Positions 19,054-29,115 of a DNA stretch of 64,000 nucleotides are shown one piece after another. Both the position numbers and the translations under genes were made by a program. The notes beneath the pieces were generated by a model that saw only the letters and a program-made list of their open reading frames with translations, was not told the DNA's origin and did no database searches. Origin of the DNA: a virus; the IMG/VR virus record IMGVR_UViG_3300037454_000906, positions 32,001 through 96,000 of that record. One strand, given 5' to 3'. Positions within the stretch are counted from its first letter, which is position 1; the number at the start of each line of letters is the position of its first letter.

Positions 19054-19794
19054 CTAGTGGGGGATGTTTTCGTATTCGTCAGAAACCCAGATGGTCGTGG
19101 TGATGATACTGGTGAAACCGTGGCGCAACGCGATTTCATCCGGCATGGACTTTACTACCATTTCCCAGGTCACGGTCGACTTCTTTGCGGCGCTCTTGAA
19201 ACCAGGCTCGCCCGGCTGGATAGCCAAGTCGTTCATTCCCACGTCGGCAACGGCAGCGGCGAAATCTTCCGGGTTACTATCAATCCAGTCCTTGATTGCA
19301 CTCTTGACATTGTACTTAAAGATCTTTTCCGTGTTATGTACGGACTTGAACACAAAGACACGGACACCATCATCACCGTCACATTCCACCTTGTAGATGT
19401 ACGGAAAATTGGTTTCTACCGTCTCGTCAGCGAACTTCGGCAATACTACTTTCTTGGTCATGGTTTTCTTCTTGGGCTTGGATCCGTCATAGGTGACCGT
19501 TCCGTCCAACAGGTCGGCCAGTTCATCGGCATCCTTGCGGGAGGGGAGGTGGATTTTCAGGTAATTCTCCTCATAGTATTCATCCATGGAGTTGTCGATG
19601 ACCTTGATTTTGAACTCCGGGTCATTGGCGCCTTTGTCCATGTCGTATTCGGTATTGTCCTTTGCGGAATCGTCCGGGTAGATGTCGTGGAGGAACTTCT
19701 CGACAGTAGGTACATCGGTGCCATCGTATGCGGACACGTTGGCGAGAAATTCGGCGACATTGTTATATTCGTTCACGTGGGTGGAAATGCTCAT
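19054..19794 (-). CDS. Acidic hypothetical protein
   Basis: 246 aa, GGAG RBS. Confidence 0.8.
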   Translation of the reverse strand: MSISTHVNEYNNVAEFLANVSAYDGTDVPTVEKFLHDIYPDDSAKDNTEYDMDKGANDPEFKIKVIDNSMDEYYEENYLKIHLPSRKDADELADLLDGTVTYDGSKPKKKTMTKKVVLPKFADETVETNFPYIYKVECDGDDGVRVFVFKSVHNTEKIFKYNVKSAIKDWIDSNPEDFAAAVADVGMNDLAIQPGEPGFKSAAKKSTVTWEMVVKSMPDEIALRHGFTSIITTTIWVSDEYENIPH

Positions 19795-19822
19795 GGGTTT
19801 TTCTCCATTTCAAAAAAATTTT

Positions 19823-20275
19823 TTAGTAAAGGTAGAAGTTCACCTTGCGGGTGAGGCCCTCGGTTTCCGCGAGGTGCTTGTGGACCTTGAAGGACTGGGT
19901 TTTATGCTGTTCCCAGTATTCCTCGCCCTTCTTGGTGAGAATGAGAACATCGAGGGACAGGGTGCCGTCATGGTGGTGATCCGCCACATGGAGGCCGTCC
20001 TTGTCGATGTAGATGTCTTGGGCATAGGATGACCTGCCGATGAATTTGAGGAAGTCATCTACGGAGTTGACCTCGATGACCTTGCCAGCGGCACCGGACG
20101 GCTGATAATCAGGGTAGCGGCTGTTGTAGTGACCGAAGAACAGGCAGGTCTTTCCCATGAGGGGACTGTGTTCCATGTTGCTCTTGAAGTCCTCGTATTC
20201 CAGGGTGTCGGAGGGGATGTAGGTGACCTTCGGTGTCGCCTGGAAGTCGATTCTTAATTCTTTCGTGTCTGCCAT
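19823..20275 (-). CDS. Hypothetical protein
   Basis: 150 aa, AAGGAG RBS, motif upstream. Confidence 0.8.
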   Translation of the reverse strand: MADTKELRIDFQATPKVTYIPSDTLEYEDFKSNMEHSPLMGKTCLFFGHYNSRYPDYQPSGAAGKVIEVNSVDDFLKFIGRSSYAQDIYIDKDGLHVADHHHDGTLSLDVLILTKKGEEYWEQHKTQSFKVHKHLAETEGLTRKVNFYLY

Positions 20276-20359
20276 GATGTTGTCTCCTTGTTTCCTTGTT
20301 GTCCCTACGGTGTGTCCCCGGGGTCCACCCGGGATGGGGACATCGGGACACGGCGGGGA

Positions 20360-20710
20360 CTACAAGTCCAAATCCTCGAACTCGAAGTCGGTTTGGTCAC
20401 CATTCGGCTTGGTGACATAGATGTTCATGATATGGTCCCAATAATGGGGCTTCAAATGCTCCATGAACATCATCAGCTTGGTCGGGTCATCGGTGCTTGG
20501 GTCATACGTGAGTTCGTTTAACCCAGGAACCGTGGATTCGCCCTCGTAGATGTAAGTACGCAGAGTAATCTTGCAGGGGGCAAGTTCCTCGCACCGCATG
20601 GTGATGTACTCACACATATCGTCAATGATTTCGTAGCTGGGTGAACGGCACGGGCCATCATACATAACCGTTTCGCCATTTTCACGCAGAATGTAAAGGT
20701 CACAAGCCAT
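20360..20710 (-). CDS. Hypothetical protein
   Basis: 116 aa, GAGG RBS. Confidence 0.75.
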   Translation of the reverse strand: MACDLYILRENGETVMYDGPCRSPSYEIIDDMCEYITMRCEELAPCKITLRTYIYEGESTVPGLNELTYDPSTDDPTKLMMFMEHLKPHYWDHIMNIYVTKPNGDQTDFEFEDLDL

Positions 20711-20721
20711 ATTTTACCTCA

Positions 20722-21135
20722 TTACCCGTAGGTAGGTTCTCCAAAGATGATGCAGTCGATGAAGTTCAGCGCGGAGCACATGTCGGCATTGCCTTTGAGG
20801 TAGTCGGCGAACGCATTGTATTCCTTGGCGTGGTCGATAAGGGCTTGGAGACCCTTCTCGAAGTCGGCCAGGGTGACATCGTGGTCCTTGCCGTCCGGGT
20901 CGGTGACAAGGATGGTCATGCCGCGTTCGAGCATCCCTGCGAAGATGTCCTCGATGCACGGGCCGAACTGGTCATCCTTGGGCCAGGTTTCTTTGAGTGC
21001 CTTCTTCACCTGGTCGTACTCGCCTTCGTTCTTCTCGTTGATGGCGTAGCCTGTCCCGGTGAACATGTCGGAAATGAGATAGGACAGCTTGTAGTCGCTC
21101 AGCTCGAGGAACTTCTTGAAAGTGATTGTTGCCAT
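20722..21135 (-). CDS. Hypothetical protein (MATITFKK...)
   Basis: Start after AAGGAG; motif upstream. Confidence 0.8.
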   Translation of the reverse strand: MATITFKKFLELSDYKLSYLISDMFTGTGYAINEKNEGEYDQVKKALKETWPKDDQFGPCIEDIFAGMLERGMTILVTDPDGKDHDVTLADFEKGLQALIDHAKEYNAFADYLKGNADMCSALNFIDCIIFGEPTYG

Positions 21136-21243
21136 GTTGTCTCCTTGTTTCTTGTTGCCAGCACGTTGTATCGCCGGGGGCCACCGGATCCGGGCCATCG
21201 GATACACGGTGGGCTAAAGGCGCCCGGATGAAAAAAACACGAC

Positions 21244-21275
21244 AAAAAGGGGGCGCCTGGAAACCAGGCGCCCCC
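21244..21275 (-). terminator. Intrinsic terminator
   Basis: GGGGGCGCCTGG-aaa-CCAGGCGCCCCC followed by TTTTT on the minus strand. Confidence 0.8.
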
Positions 21276-21292
21276 GTGGAGACAACAAAATG

Positions 21293-21643
21293 TTAGGAAA
21301 TTTTCTTTACGATGCCTTCGGCAATCTTGACCAGGGGCTTCATTGCGACAATCTTCGAGAGCGCATTCGCGACCGCCTGTTCCGGTGTGTCGCCTATGCC
21401 GAAGCACTGGTTGGTGCATCCGGTCATCCCCGCGTAGTCGATTACCCCGATGGCCTTCTCCGTGGAGTAGGTGAGCGCGAACGGGGCAATCACCTCCTTG
21501 TTGAACCAGTGCCGCCCCATTTCGTCTTTTAGGGCATTGTGCGCCTCCTTCCCTTGATACCACGCGATCTCGCGGATGAACTCGCCGTCGGCGAGGGAGC
21601 AGAGGTCCAGTTTCGGTTTCTTCTTGGGCATTGTAAACTCCAA
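21293..21643 (-). CDS. Hypothetical protein
   Basis: 116-aa ORF. Confidence 0.7.
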   Translation of the reverse strand: MEFTMPKKKPKLDLCSLADGEFIREIAWYQGKEAHNALKDEMGRHWFNKEVIAPFALTYSTEKAIGVIDYAGMTGCTNQCFGIGDTPEQAVANALSKIVAMKPLVKIAEGIVKKIS

Positions 21644-21893
21644 AAGTAAAATTTTAGTAACGATACTCGACCCGAGGGGACTCGCCGGAAAACATTATTT
21701 TCCGCTGTCGCACCGCACACCTGTGGTCCGCATCGACTCGACATACATTGATGGTCGCCCGGTCGGTCAATCGGCTGAATATCTCTGTCTCGGGGTGGCA
21801 TACCCCAAAGCCGATTTAATCGCCACCAAGAATTGATGCCACAATGTCCTGGTTGTATGTCTATATCGTTACGTCAATATGGCAATTTTAAAA

Positions 21894-22518
21894 GGCTATG
21901 TCCACACAAATTGTTGCTGGGCTAATCACACCAATAGTGTGCTAGTGGGTCTCCCCAGCAATTTTCTGGGAGTTTACCGTAATATGGTGAACCATAGGGT
22001 TGAAATCTACGATTCTTTCCGTTAGGAATATAGGGTTTCTTACATTTACCGTCATCGTTTTCAGTAAATCCGTCATTACATCCAGTTATGTAAGGCTGGT
22101 ATGTATCACTTGGTTGCAATTTTACTTTTCTTACATCTTTTCGCAAAGTTTCGTCTAATTCATTACCTATTTCATTAAATTCCCAGCCAGTGCTGGTTGA
22201 CTCTAACTCAATTTCTAGTATAGTTCCCAAATACATGCCATCTGCGTCATATCCCACAAGTTTAACCGATACACCATCGTTAATAGACCACCAATCCCAC
22301 GAAATGCGTCCACGACCAGTTTTCCAATTATATGATGCCGAGATTTTATTATCTGAACACCACCCATTCTTCGGCTTAGGACATATTGTATTACCGATAG
22401 TAGTAGTTAAAATGTTTGATGCATTAGTCATGCATACAAACATCAAAATCAAAAATACCATTTTTTTCATATTTTCCTCTTGTTAATTATTATAGCAACA
22501 CTTTGGGTGAACATAGCC
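21894..22518. mobile_element. Second TIR cassette with AT-rich passenger gene (IS1595/ISPna2-like MIC)
   Basis: Left TIR GGCTATGTCCACACAAATTGTTGCT; right TIR is the reverse complement of GGCTATGTTCACCCAAAGTGTTGCT; 8-bp TSD TTTTAAAA at 21886-21893 and 22519-22526. Confidence 0.85.
21922..22470 (-). CDS. Passenger secreted Cys-containing protein
   Basis: 182 aa; N-terminal signal peptide MKKMVFLILMFVCMTNA; markedly more AT-rich than flanks. Confidence 0.75.
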   Translation of the reverse strand: MKKMVFLILMFVCMTNASNILTTTIGNTICPKPKNGWCSDNKISASYNWKTGRGRISWDWWSINDGVSVKLVGYDADGMYLGTILEIELESTSTGWEFNEIGNELDETLRKDVRKVKLQPSDTYQPYITGCNDGFTENDDGKCKKPYIPNGKNRRFQPYGSPYYGKLPENCWGDPLAHYWCD

Positions 22519-22527
22519 TTTTAAAAT

Positions 22528-23235
22528 TTATTTTCGCGTGAAAGTGTCATAGGCAGAATCAAATCCATACATACCGAAGTCGATGTACGGGATGCATTCG
22601 ATCTTCACCGCCGTGTTGTCGGACTCATTGTCCGAAAGGGTGTTCGGGACCAGGTACGTGACATTGGACCCTTCGAGGTTCCTGTCGATGTAGAGTTTCA
22701 CCCCCGCGGCCTTCGCAATGTCCTTGATTGCCTGGACATGCGGTTCCATCTTCTGCTTGACATCGAGGACGGCTTTGAGATCGTCCTCCATCGTGATCCT
22801 TTCCTTGACGAGCATCGCCTCGTACTGGGTATGGATCGTGTCCAGGATGCGCATGAAGGGAAACTCGGAATCATCCAGGTCCTCCGGCTTGAACTCGGCC
22901 TCCCCCCATTCCTCCTTTGGCCCGTCGCTGTCATCGACGAATGCGCGGACATACCAGGAAGCGTTAAGGAAATCGACGGTCAGGACAATCTGCACCTCGT
23001 CCGTTCCACCGCACCATGTCGGCTTCACGTGGAGACGGAAGTCCAGGTAGGAACCGAACGGGTCGTTGTTCTCGGCTTCCTCGCACTTGACTGCGCGGTA
23101 CATCTCGGGATGTTCCCGTTCGGCCAGGTTGCGGTACATGGCGGCGAAATGTTCCAGTTGGGTATCGGTGAGGCCTTTCTTGGCCTCGGGGGTCATGTTG
23201 GCTAAAAGGAACGCCAAGGACATGAGCTTGTTCAT
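22528..23235 (-). CDS. Hypothetical protein (MNKLMSL...)
   Basis: Start after AAGGAG; motif upstream. Confidence 0.8.
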   Translation of the reverse strand: MNKLMSLAFLLANMTPEAKKGLTDTQLEHFAAMYRNLAEREHPEMYRAVKCEEAENNDPFGSYLDFRLHVKPTWCGGTDEVQIVLTVDFLNASWYVRAFVDDSDGPKEEWGEAEFKPEDLDDSEFPFMRILDTIHTQYEAMLVKERITMEDDLKAVLDVKQKMEPHVQAIKDIAKAAGVKLYIDRNLEGSNVTYLVPNTLSDNESDNTAVKIECIPYIDFGMYGFDSAYDTFTRK

Positions 23236-23317
23236 TATTGTCTCCTTGTTTCGTTGTTGACCGCACGTTGTGCCGCCGGGTCCCACCATTTATGGGACAC
23301 CGGGCACATGGTAGGTG

Positions 23318-23758
23318 CTAGGCGGGACTAAGGTGTTCCAGTCTCACGATGACCCTTGGGGGCGGGTTGTCCGCGAACGCTATGAGGTCGCGCACCAGGT
23401 CGTCCACCAGGTTCTGTATGCGTAGCTCGGAATCTCCCCCGTCGAACGCCGCTGATGCCATGAGGTGGCAGCTCCCCATGTAGCCCCCCGCGAGCAGGTG
23501 GCCCGTGGAGTCAAAGAGGGGGCCGATGTCTCGGATGCCATAGGTCCCTACGGCATTATCCCATGCCCGTGCCTTTTCAGCGGGGTCCATTTTTGAAAAA
23601 TCTTCTTCATAGGGGACATCATCGACTCTGAACTTGATGGCTCCTATGTCACCCCCTTCCTTCCTGATTTTATTGTTCACGTGCGCCGCGATGATTTCCC
23701 CGAGGAAAACGGGGGAACACACGATGTACTCGGGATGAATCCAACATGCTTTGCTCAT
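23318..23758 (-). CDS. Hypothetical protein
   Basis: 146-aa ORF. Confidence 0.75.
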   Translation of the reverse strand: MSKACWIHPEYIVCSPVFLGEIIAAHVNNKIRKEGGDIGAIKFRVDDVPYEEDFSKMDPAEKARAWDNAVGTYGIRDIGPLFDSTGHLLAGGYMGSCHLMASAAFDGGDSELRIQNLVDDLVRDLIAFADNPPPRVIVRLEHLSPA

Positions 23759-23767
23759 TTAGGTCTC

Positions 23768-24118
23768 CTAGTATATGCGAATGTTTCCATTCTCGATTAT
23801 GAGCCCATTGGCGAGGTCGTCCGTCCCGTGTTGCCATCCCGCTTCGAGACTGAGCCGCATGAACTCTATCGGACGGGGGAACAGGGTCGTGTCGGCGAAC
23901 GCATCGCGAATATATGCGTAGTCGAGGCGGGAAACGTTCAACGGCCCGTTGAAGTAGGCGCGGTCAGCGTCCGCCACCCAGATGCAGACGCCCTCCTTGC
24001 GTTCCCATGGTTCGAGAATCCATTTCTTGATCTCGTCCTTGGCTTTCCTGCGGAGTTCCGCGATGAGCTTGTGGAGCTCGCCCTTGGTGAAGTTCTGGTT
24101 GCCGACCTTGTTCGCCAT
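23768..24118 (-). CDS. Hypothetical protein (MANKVGNQ...)
   Basis: Start after AAGGAG; motif upstream. Confidence 0.75.
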   Translation of the reverse strand: MANKVGNQNFTKGELHKLIAELRRKAKDEIKKWILEPWERKEGVCIWVADADRAYFNGPLNVSRLDYAYIRDAFADTTLFPRPIEFMRLSLEAGWQHGTDDLANGLIIENGNIRIY

Positions 24119-24198
24119 CGTAATCTCCTTGTTTCGTTGTTGACCGCACGTTGTGCCGCCGGGTCCCACCATCTGTGGGACACCGGGCACACGGGAGG

Positions 24199-25014
24199 TC
24201 ACTCGTCGGCGGTCACCCCAATCGCGGGGATACCGATGACAACCTTGTCCCCGGACTCGCGGGCGAACTCGATTGCGGCCCTCAACCCCTTTTCCTTGTA
24301 TGTCAGCATGAGCTTCCTCATGAAGCTGATGCCCTTGTGGTCGCCGTAGATGGTCCCGTTGGCCAACGCGTAGCCATAGGAGCCGTCGTTGTAGACGGTG
24401 GCGTCATTGGAGCCGTAAACCATGGGCCCGTCAACCTTGTTGTTCTCGTCTCCGAAGCAGAAGCCGTCGATTGAAAAATATTTTTCATGGTCCACGGGCC
24501 CGAACTCGTCACTCGGTGAGAAACTGGGGTAAAGCCCGTTTGCGGTGGCCCAGTCGAACAATTCGCGGAAATGCAGGGTCAGGTTGGCGCGCAGCTCGGC
24601 CAGGATAAGCCTCTTGACAAGGCACACGGCCTTGTACAATGCATCCGCCTGCTTGTCCAGGCACGTCTCCGCGGCCTTCCTGGTGCGCTTGGAGGGCGGG
24701 TAGAGGTTCTCGACGATGGTGTCGGTGTAGATGTCGAAGTTGCCCCCGTAGCTCGCCTCGCGGCACAGGCGCTTGACCTTGAACACCTCGCCGTCATCGT
24801 ACCTGCGGTCGAGGGGGATGTCCTCGGCTTCCTTATGGCAGATGAGGTGGCCGACGTTCAGCTCGGTAACGTCGCTTTCCCCGTTCACATCGTCGTAGTT
24901 GCCGATGCAGATACTTTCGAGCATCTGCTCGGCAAACCCGAGCACGGCCTTGCCGAAAGTGGAACGGGGCTTGGCCCTGCCCTTGATTTTCTCGTAAAGT
25001 CTGTTTGCGTTCAT
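24199..25014 (-). CDS. Hypothetical phage protein (MNANRLYEK...)
   Basis: Start after AAGGAG; ~271 aa; motif upstream. Confidence 0.8.
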   Translation of the reverse strand: MNANRLYEKIKGRAKPRSTFGKAVLGFAEQMLESICIGNYDDVNGESDVTELNVGHLICHKEAEDIPLDRRYDDGEVFKVKRLCREASYGGNFDIYTDTIVENLYPPSKRTRKAAETCLDKQADALYKAVCLVKRLILAELRANLTLHFRELFDWATANGLYPSFSPSDEFGPVDHEKYFSIDGFCFGDENNKVDGPMVYGSNDATVYNDGSYGYALANGTIYGDHKGISFMRKLMLTYKEKGLRAAIEFARESGDKVVIGIPAIGVTADE

Positions 25015-25125
25015 CGCTTGTCTCCTTGTGCCCCCACGTTGTGCTCCCGGGGTCCCCCACCCATGGGACCGCCAGCACACGGTGGGCAAGGGGGCCCAGG
25101 GGCAAAAATGTAAAAATAAAAATAC

Positions 25126-25158
25126 AAAAAACCCGTCCGGACACGTGGCCCGGACGGG
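25126..25158 (-). terminator. Intrinsic terminator
   Basis: CCCGTCCGG-acacgtggc-CCGGACGGG followed by a T-tract on the minus strand. Confidence 0.7.
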
Positions 25159-25251
25159 AAAAGTGTTGGTTCCCGGTCGCTAACAAGGAGTTTGACATGC
25201 GGCGCGCGACCGGGAACCGGGGGCAACATTGCGCCGCACATCAGGCAATAG

Positions 25252-25698
25252 TCAGTCCCACTGGATTGCGTTGTATGAGCACCCGTCGGGATCCACATGC
25301 ACGTTGTAGATGATTTTCCCCCTGGAAATGCGTTCCTTCTGCGCCTTGAATATGGCATCGACTTCTTCCCGCGAGAGGCTGTACGCCTCGTCCTGGGCCT
25401 TGTTGTACCCGAACTTGCGCAGCACCCTCCCGCTCCCGTCGATTTCCCACAGGCGCTGGAACTGGAACTTGACCCCGTACTCGCCCAGATCGTCCCCGTA
25501 GCAGATGCAGGAATTGGACATCCGCATCGCGTCAAGGACGGCTTGTCGGTGGATTTCGCTCGGGGTTCGCAGGTACCCGCAGCCGTTGGGGAGGGGCATC
25601 CCGTGCCGTTTTCCCACGGCTTCCCAAATCTTGCGTTCCTCCGCCTGGATTTCCTCTGTCGTTAGCCCAATGGGCCCCATCTTGTATTTCTTCTTCAT
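25252..25698 (-). CDS. Hypothetical protein (MKKKYKM...)
   Basis: Start after GAGGAG; motif upstream. Confidence 0.75.
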   Translation of the reverse strand: MKKKYKMGPIGLTTEEIQAEERKIWEAVGKRHGMPLPNGCGYLRTPSEIHRQAVLDAMRMSNSCICYGDDLGEYGVKFQFQRLWEIDGSGRVLRKFGYNKAQDEAYSLSREEVDAIFKAQKERISRGKIIYNVHVDPDGCSYNAIQWD

Positions 25699-25766
25699 TT
25701 TCTCCTCGTGACCCCACGCTGTATCCCCGGGCCCAACCACATCTGGGCACCGGGATACACGGGCGG

Positions 25767-25964
25767 TTACCATTTCACTTCGAACTTCTTCGTGCAGTCT
25801 GAACATACCGGGGTGGAACCGACAAATCGGTAGGTCGGCTTGCCGCACCCCTTGCACGGGTATTTCGTCCCGGCGGTTTCGCTCTTGTTCTTGAATCGCG
25901 CCTCCCCGTAATGGGTGTCAATCTTCGGGGGAGGGTTCGGATTCCCGTCAAGCCACAGCGACAT
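25767..25964 (-). CDS. Small Zn-ribbon protein
   Basis: CKGC...CSDC; AAGGAG RBS. Confidence 0.65.
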   Translation of the reverse strand: MSLWLDGNPNPPPKIDTHYGEARFKNKSETAGTKYPCKGCGKPTYRFVGSTPVCSDCTKKFEVKW

Positions 25965-25988
25965 GGGTTTCTCCTTGAAATCAAAAAA

Positions 25989-26669
25989 TTATTTTTTGGC
26001 CAGGGTGTAGTTGTAGCCGGAATCCATCTTCCCGTGGAACTCGGGGTGCCTCTCGTACCCTGCGCGGACAATCGTCTGGTCGTGCGTGTTGTAGCCGCTG
26101 CCCGAACAGAAACTTGCACCGAACAGGTCGAGCCTGTATCCGTGCCCGGTGTTGAGGGGCTTGCCTTCCAGGTGGTCCCGGTAGGCCGCGATTGCGACAA
26201 TCCAGGCGAAAACCGGATTTTCCTTGAAGGCAATCGAGGTGGCCGTGGATTCCTTGTCGAACCCGTAGCCCTGCGTAACTTTTCCCGTTGTCAGGGTGCC
26301 GTCGGCGTACACGTTGGCCTTGGGGAGGAAGCCCCACGTACGGCTCTTGTGCCACTCGACGCGCACGCTGATGTCGGAGGGGAGCCCGATCTCGCTGCCG
26401 CGCCTGATCTCGGCCAGGGTGTCGCGGCGGCACTTGTCGAGCTCGATGCACGTGGCGTGGAGGACCTCTTCCCTGGCCTGTTCCAGGGTAATCTTCCCCT
26501 CGTCCAGCTTTTTGAGCGCCCTCTTGCCGAGTCGGCGCCGGATGTCGTCCTCGCCCATCTCCTTAATCCACCCGGCGTCCTTGGCCTTGGCGAGCACCGC
26601 GGTTTCAAGTATGGCGCTTTCCGTGAAAGCGAGGACCTTATCGGCATCGAACTTGAAAGTCTGTTCCAT
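25989..26669 (-). CDS. Hypothetical phage protein (GYGFDKES motif)
   Basis: Start after AAGGAG; motif upstream. Confidence 0.8.
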   Translation of the reverse strand: MEQTFKFDADKVLAFTESAILETAVLAKAKDAGWIKEMGEDDIRRRLGKRALKKLDEGKITLEQAREEVLHATCIELDKCRRDTLAEIRRGSEIGLPSDISVRVEWHKSRTWGFLPKANVYADGTLTTGKVTQGYGFDKESTATSIAFKENPVFAWIVAIAAYRDHLEGKPLNTGHGYRLDLFGASFCSGSGYNTHDQTIVRAGYERHPEFHGKMDSGYNYTLAKK

Positions 26670-26787
26670 TTCAGTCTCCTTGTTTCCTTGTTGACCCCAC
26701 GTTGTGCTCCCGGGTCCCACCACAGATGGGACCCAGGGCACATGGTTTTCGTCAACTTCTAACAACCCATGCCGCCATGTCGGCAAT

Positions 26788-27597
26788 CTATTCGGTCAGG
26801 CACCCGTTTTCAACGTGGAATCCGCAGCCCTGGTCATACGCCTCGCCCTGTATGGTGTCGTTCGCGTAGAACGTGAAGCAGCAGGCGTCGATTGCTTGCG
26901 GGTAGTCTCGCATCTGCGTCATTATCGACTCGATGTCATCGGCGCCGCACTCCACGCACTCCCGCCCTCTCCCGTTGTCGGGGTAGCCACGGATATCCAG
27001 GAAGAACGGATATTCCAGGTCATCGTTGGCACGGGAGTCGATTTGCTGCTCCATGGCGTCTTTCCATGCCGTGTACAATTCCTCGTAAGTAAATTTTTGG
27101 TGTCCGACCATGGAATTGCGAACCCGGTGGAACTTCTTGGGGAACCCGGGAATCTTGTATTTCGCGTAGCCCATGGACTTCGCGTCGGCCACGGAGCGAA
27201 TGGGGTCGAACGCTATGATGTTTCCGTGGGAATCATTGCGGACACGGAACCAGGATGCATTGGATTCGAGCGCTTTACGGGCGAGCGCTTGATATGCGGT
27301 CACTTCTTCCCGCGCCGTATTGGTCACATGGAGGGCGTGTGACAGGATTTCCGAGGTAACGATGCTCCCGGTGAACATGGCCAACGGCACCATGAGCTGA
27401 TCAAGTTCGGACCATTCGGCGGGCTCCTCGTTATCGACAGACGTGGTAACCTGTCCGGCGGCAAAATCGCGGTAGCATTCCTTCTTGGCCATTTCGAGCG
27501 CGATGCCGCTGGCCATGTCCGCGGTCGCGGCGGTCACTTCGTAGGTCTTGTGGAACAGGCGTTCCACCTTGATTTTCCACTTGATTTCATGTGCCAT
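26788..27597 (-). CDS. Hypothetical protein (MAHEIKW...)
   Basis: Start after AAGGAG; motif upstream. Confidence 0.8.
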   Translation of the reverse strand: MAHEIKWKIKVERLFHKTYEVTAATADMASGIALEMAKKECYRDFAAGQVTTSVDNEEPAEWSELDQLMVPLAMFTGSIVTSEILSHALHVTNTAREEVTAYQALARKALESNASWFRVRNDSHGNIIAFDPIRSVADAKSMGYAKYKIPGFPKKFHRVRNSMVGHQKFTYEELYTAWKDAMEQQIDSRANDDLEYPFFLDIRGYPDNGRGRECVECGADDIESIMTQMRDYPQAIDACCFTFYANDTIQGEAYDQGCGFHVENGCLTE

Positions 27598-27772
27598 GTG
27601 TATCTCCTTGTTTCCTTGTGACCCCACGCTGTGCCGCCGGGTCCCACCATTCATGGGACAACTGGCACGCGGTGGGGCAAACGGAAAATCGAAAAATAAA
27701 AAGTGCCCATGTGGGCACTATGGAAACTTAGCCTTTTTATTATTTCTCCCCTATCCCCAAAGTGTTGCCGAT

Positions 27773-27976
27773 TTACCTGTAATTGCCCATAACAGACGCA
27801 GCTAAGGCATCCTCCGTCAAGTCCTCATCCGTAATGGTACGGATTGCGGATGAGCCGCATTCGCTACGCCTGTTTCGCATGAATTTAATCCAGCAGTCCT
27901 TTGCGGGATGGGAACTTTTCTCCATTACGGCAAGCACCATGTCCGCTTCTTCATCGTTCATTTCAAACCGAACCAA
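27773..27976 (-). CDS. Small hypothetical protein
   Basis: 67 aa, AAGGAG RBS. Confidence 0.6.
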   Translation of the reverse strand: MVRFEMNDEEADMVLAVMEKSSHPAKDCWIKFMRNRRSECGSSAIRTITDEDLTEDALAASVMGNYR

Positions 27977-28010
27977 GTGTATTTCTCCTTTTACGTTTTA
28001 ATTCCTCGGT

Positions 28011-28373
28011 TTAAGCACCCCGTGCGTAGGCGATGCCGTTCCAGTGCTCGGGACGGAGCCGGGGAGCCGGATAGCTCCTGCGGAGGTCCATGACGAGCGG
28101 TTTCACGCGCTTGGCCAGGGACGGCATGGACTCGATCTTGTCCGCGAGCCTGCTGCGTACGGAGTCGCCGGGGTAGCATTCCCAGGTGCGGTTGCAGTAG
28201 CCGACGTTGGCACGGGCGACCACGTTGCCCTGTGGGTCAACGAGGGCAGCCGAATGCACGAACTGGGTCTCGGTCCTGGGATTGTCAATCCCGTAAGACC
28301 ACCATTCAGTATGGTATTGGCCTGTGGGTTGGAATTTCGGGTTCTTCCTGCCGAGTTTCGGTGTCTTGTACAT
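28011..28373 (-). CDS. Hypothetical protein (MYKTPKLG...)
   Basis: Start after AAGGAG; motif upstream. Confidence 0.75.
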   Translation of the reverse strand: MYKTPKLGRKNPKFQPTGQYHTEWWSYGIDNPRTETQFVHSAALVDPQGNVVARANVGYCNRTWECYPGDSVRSRLADKIESMPSLAKRVKPLVMDLRRSYPAPRLRPEHWNGIAYARGA

Positions 28374-28426
28374 TGTTGTCTCCTTGTTGTTGAACATGCC
28401 CACGTTGTGCCCCCGGGTCCCACCAA

Positions 28427-28750
28427 TCATGGGACATCTGGCGCATGGTCGGGGACCAGGGTTAACATAGGGAGCAAGTCCTTGGTCTTGAAGTACACGC
28501 GGCAATTCTTGAACGGCTCATGAAACGCGCAGACGGACATTTTTCCAAACGAGCGGATGGCTGCATGGAGCTGCATTTCGGTCAGCATTTTCTCCTCGCC
28601 ATTTACCACGTATTTTTTCGTGCACAGCTTTTTCCAGTAGTTCTCAAATTCTTCGTCACTCAGAATCGAATCATAGGCTCGCAGCAGAGCCCAACCTTCG
28701 TCGGTCAATTCGACGTACACGTAATCATTCATGTTAAATTCTGTAAACAT
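28427..28750 (-). CDS. Hypothetical protein
   Basis: 107 aa; NMNDYVYVELTDEG start. Confidence 0.7.
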   Translation of the reverse strand: MFTEFNMNDYVYVELTDEGWALLRAYDSILSDEEFENYWKKLCTKKYVVNGEEKMLTEMQLHAAIRSFGKMSVCAFHEPFKNCRVYFKTKDLLPMLTLVPDHAPDVP

Positions 28751-28771
28751 AGTTGCCCCAAAATTAAAAAA

Positions 28772-29107
28772 TTAAATTTGAATTGCGTTGATGGTGTAGG
28801 ATCTCTCGGAACCATCACTCCACATGAGAAGCACATACTGGCGCGCTTCGGGTTTCATGTTCTTCATCACATATTCGTAGGCTTCTTTCCAAGAAGTGGC
28901 CGTAAATGTGTCTGCGTCGTTGATGGAGATATTAAGTTCGGTCCCATCAACCATATTTGCCACCTCGTTGGCGATGGATTCACGGGCCTCTTCCCCGTTG
29001 ATATAGAGTTCGGTATTTCCGTCCTCGTTATCGAACACGCCCGTCGCGTCATTGATATGTCCGTTTTTGTCGGTGTCCGCCTGGGTCACAATGTAGTAGG
29101 TTGTCAT
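28772..29107 (-). CDS. Hypothetical protein
   Basis: 111-aa ORF. Confidence 0.7.
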   Translation of the reverse strand: MTTYYIVTQADTDKNGHINDATGVFDNEDGNTELYINGEEARESIANEVANMVDGTELNISINDADTFTATSWKEAYEYVMKNMKPEARQYVLLMWSDGSERSYTINAIQI

Positions 29108-29115
29108 GGTTCCCC

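Noticed and set aside
27755-27770. Possible third TIR (CCCAAAGTGTTG)
   Set aside because: Only a partial match, lacking the GGCTATG end; no partner TIR or TSD was found.
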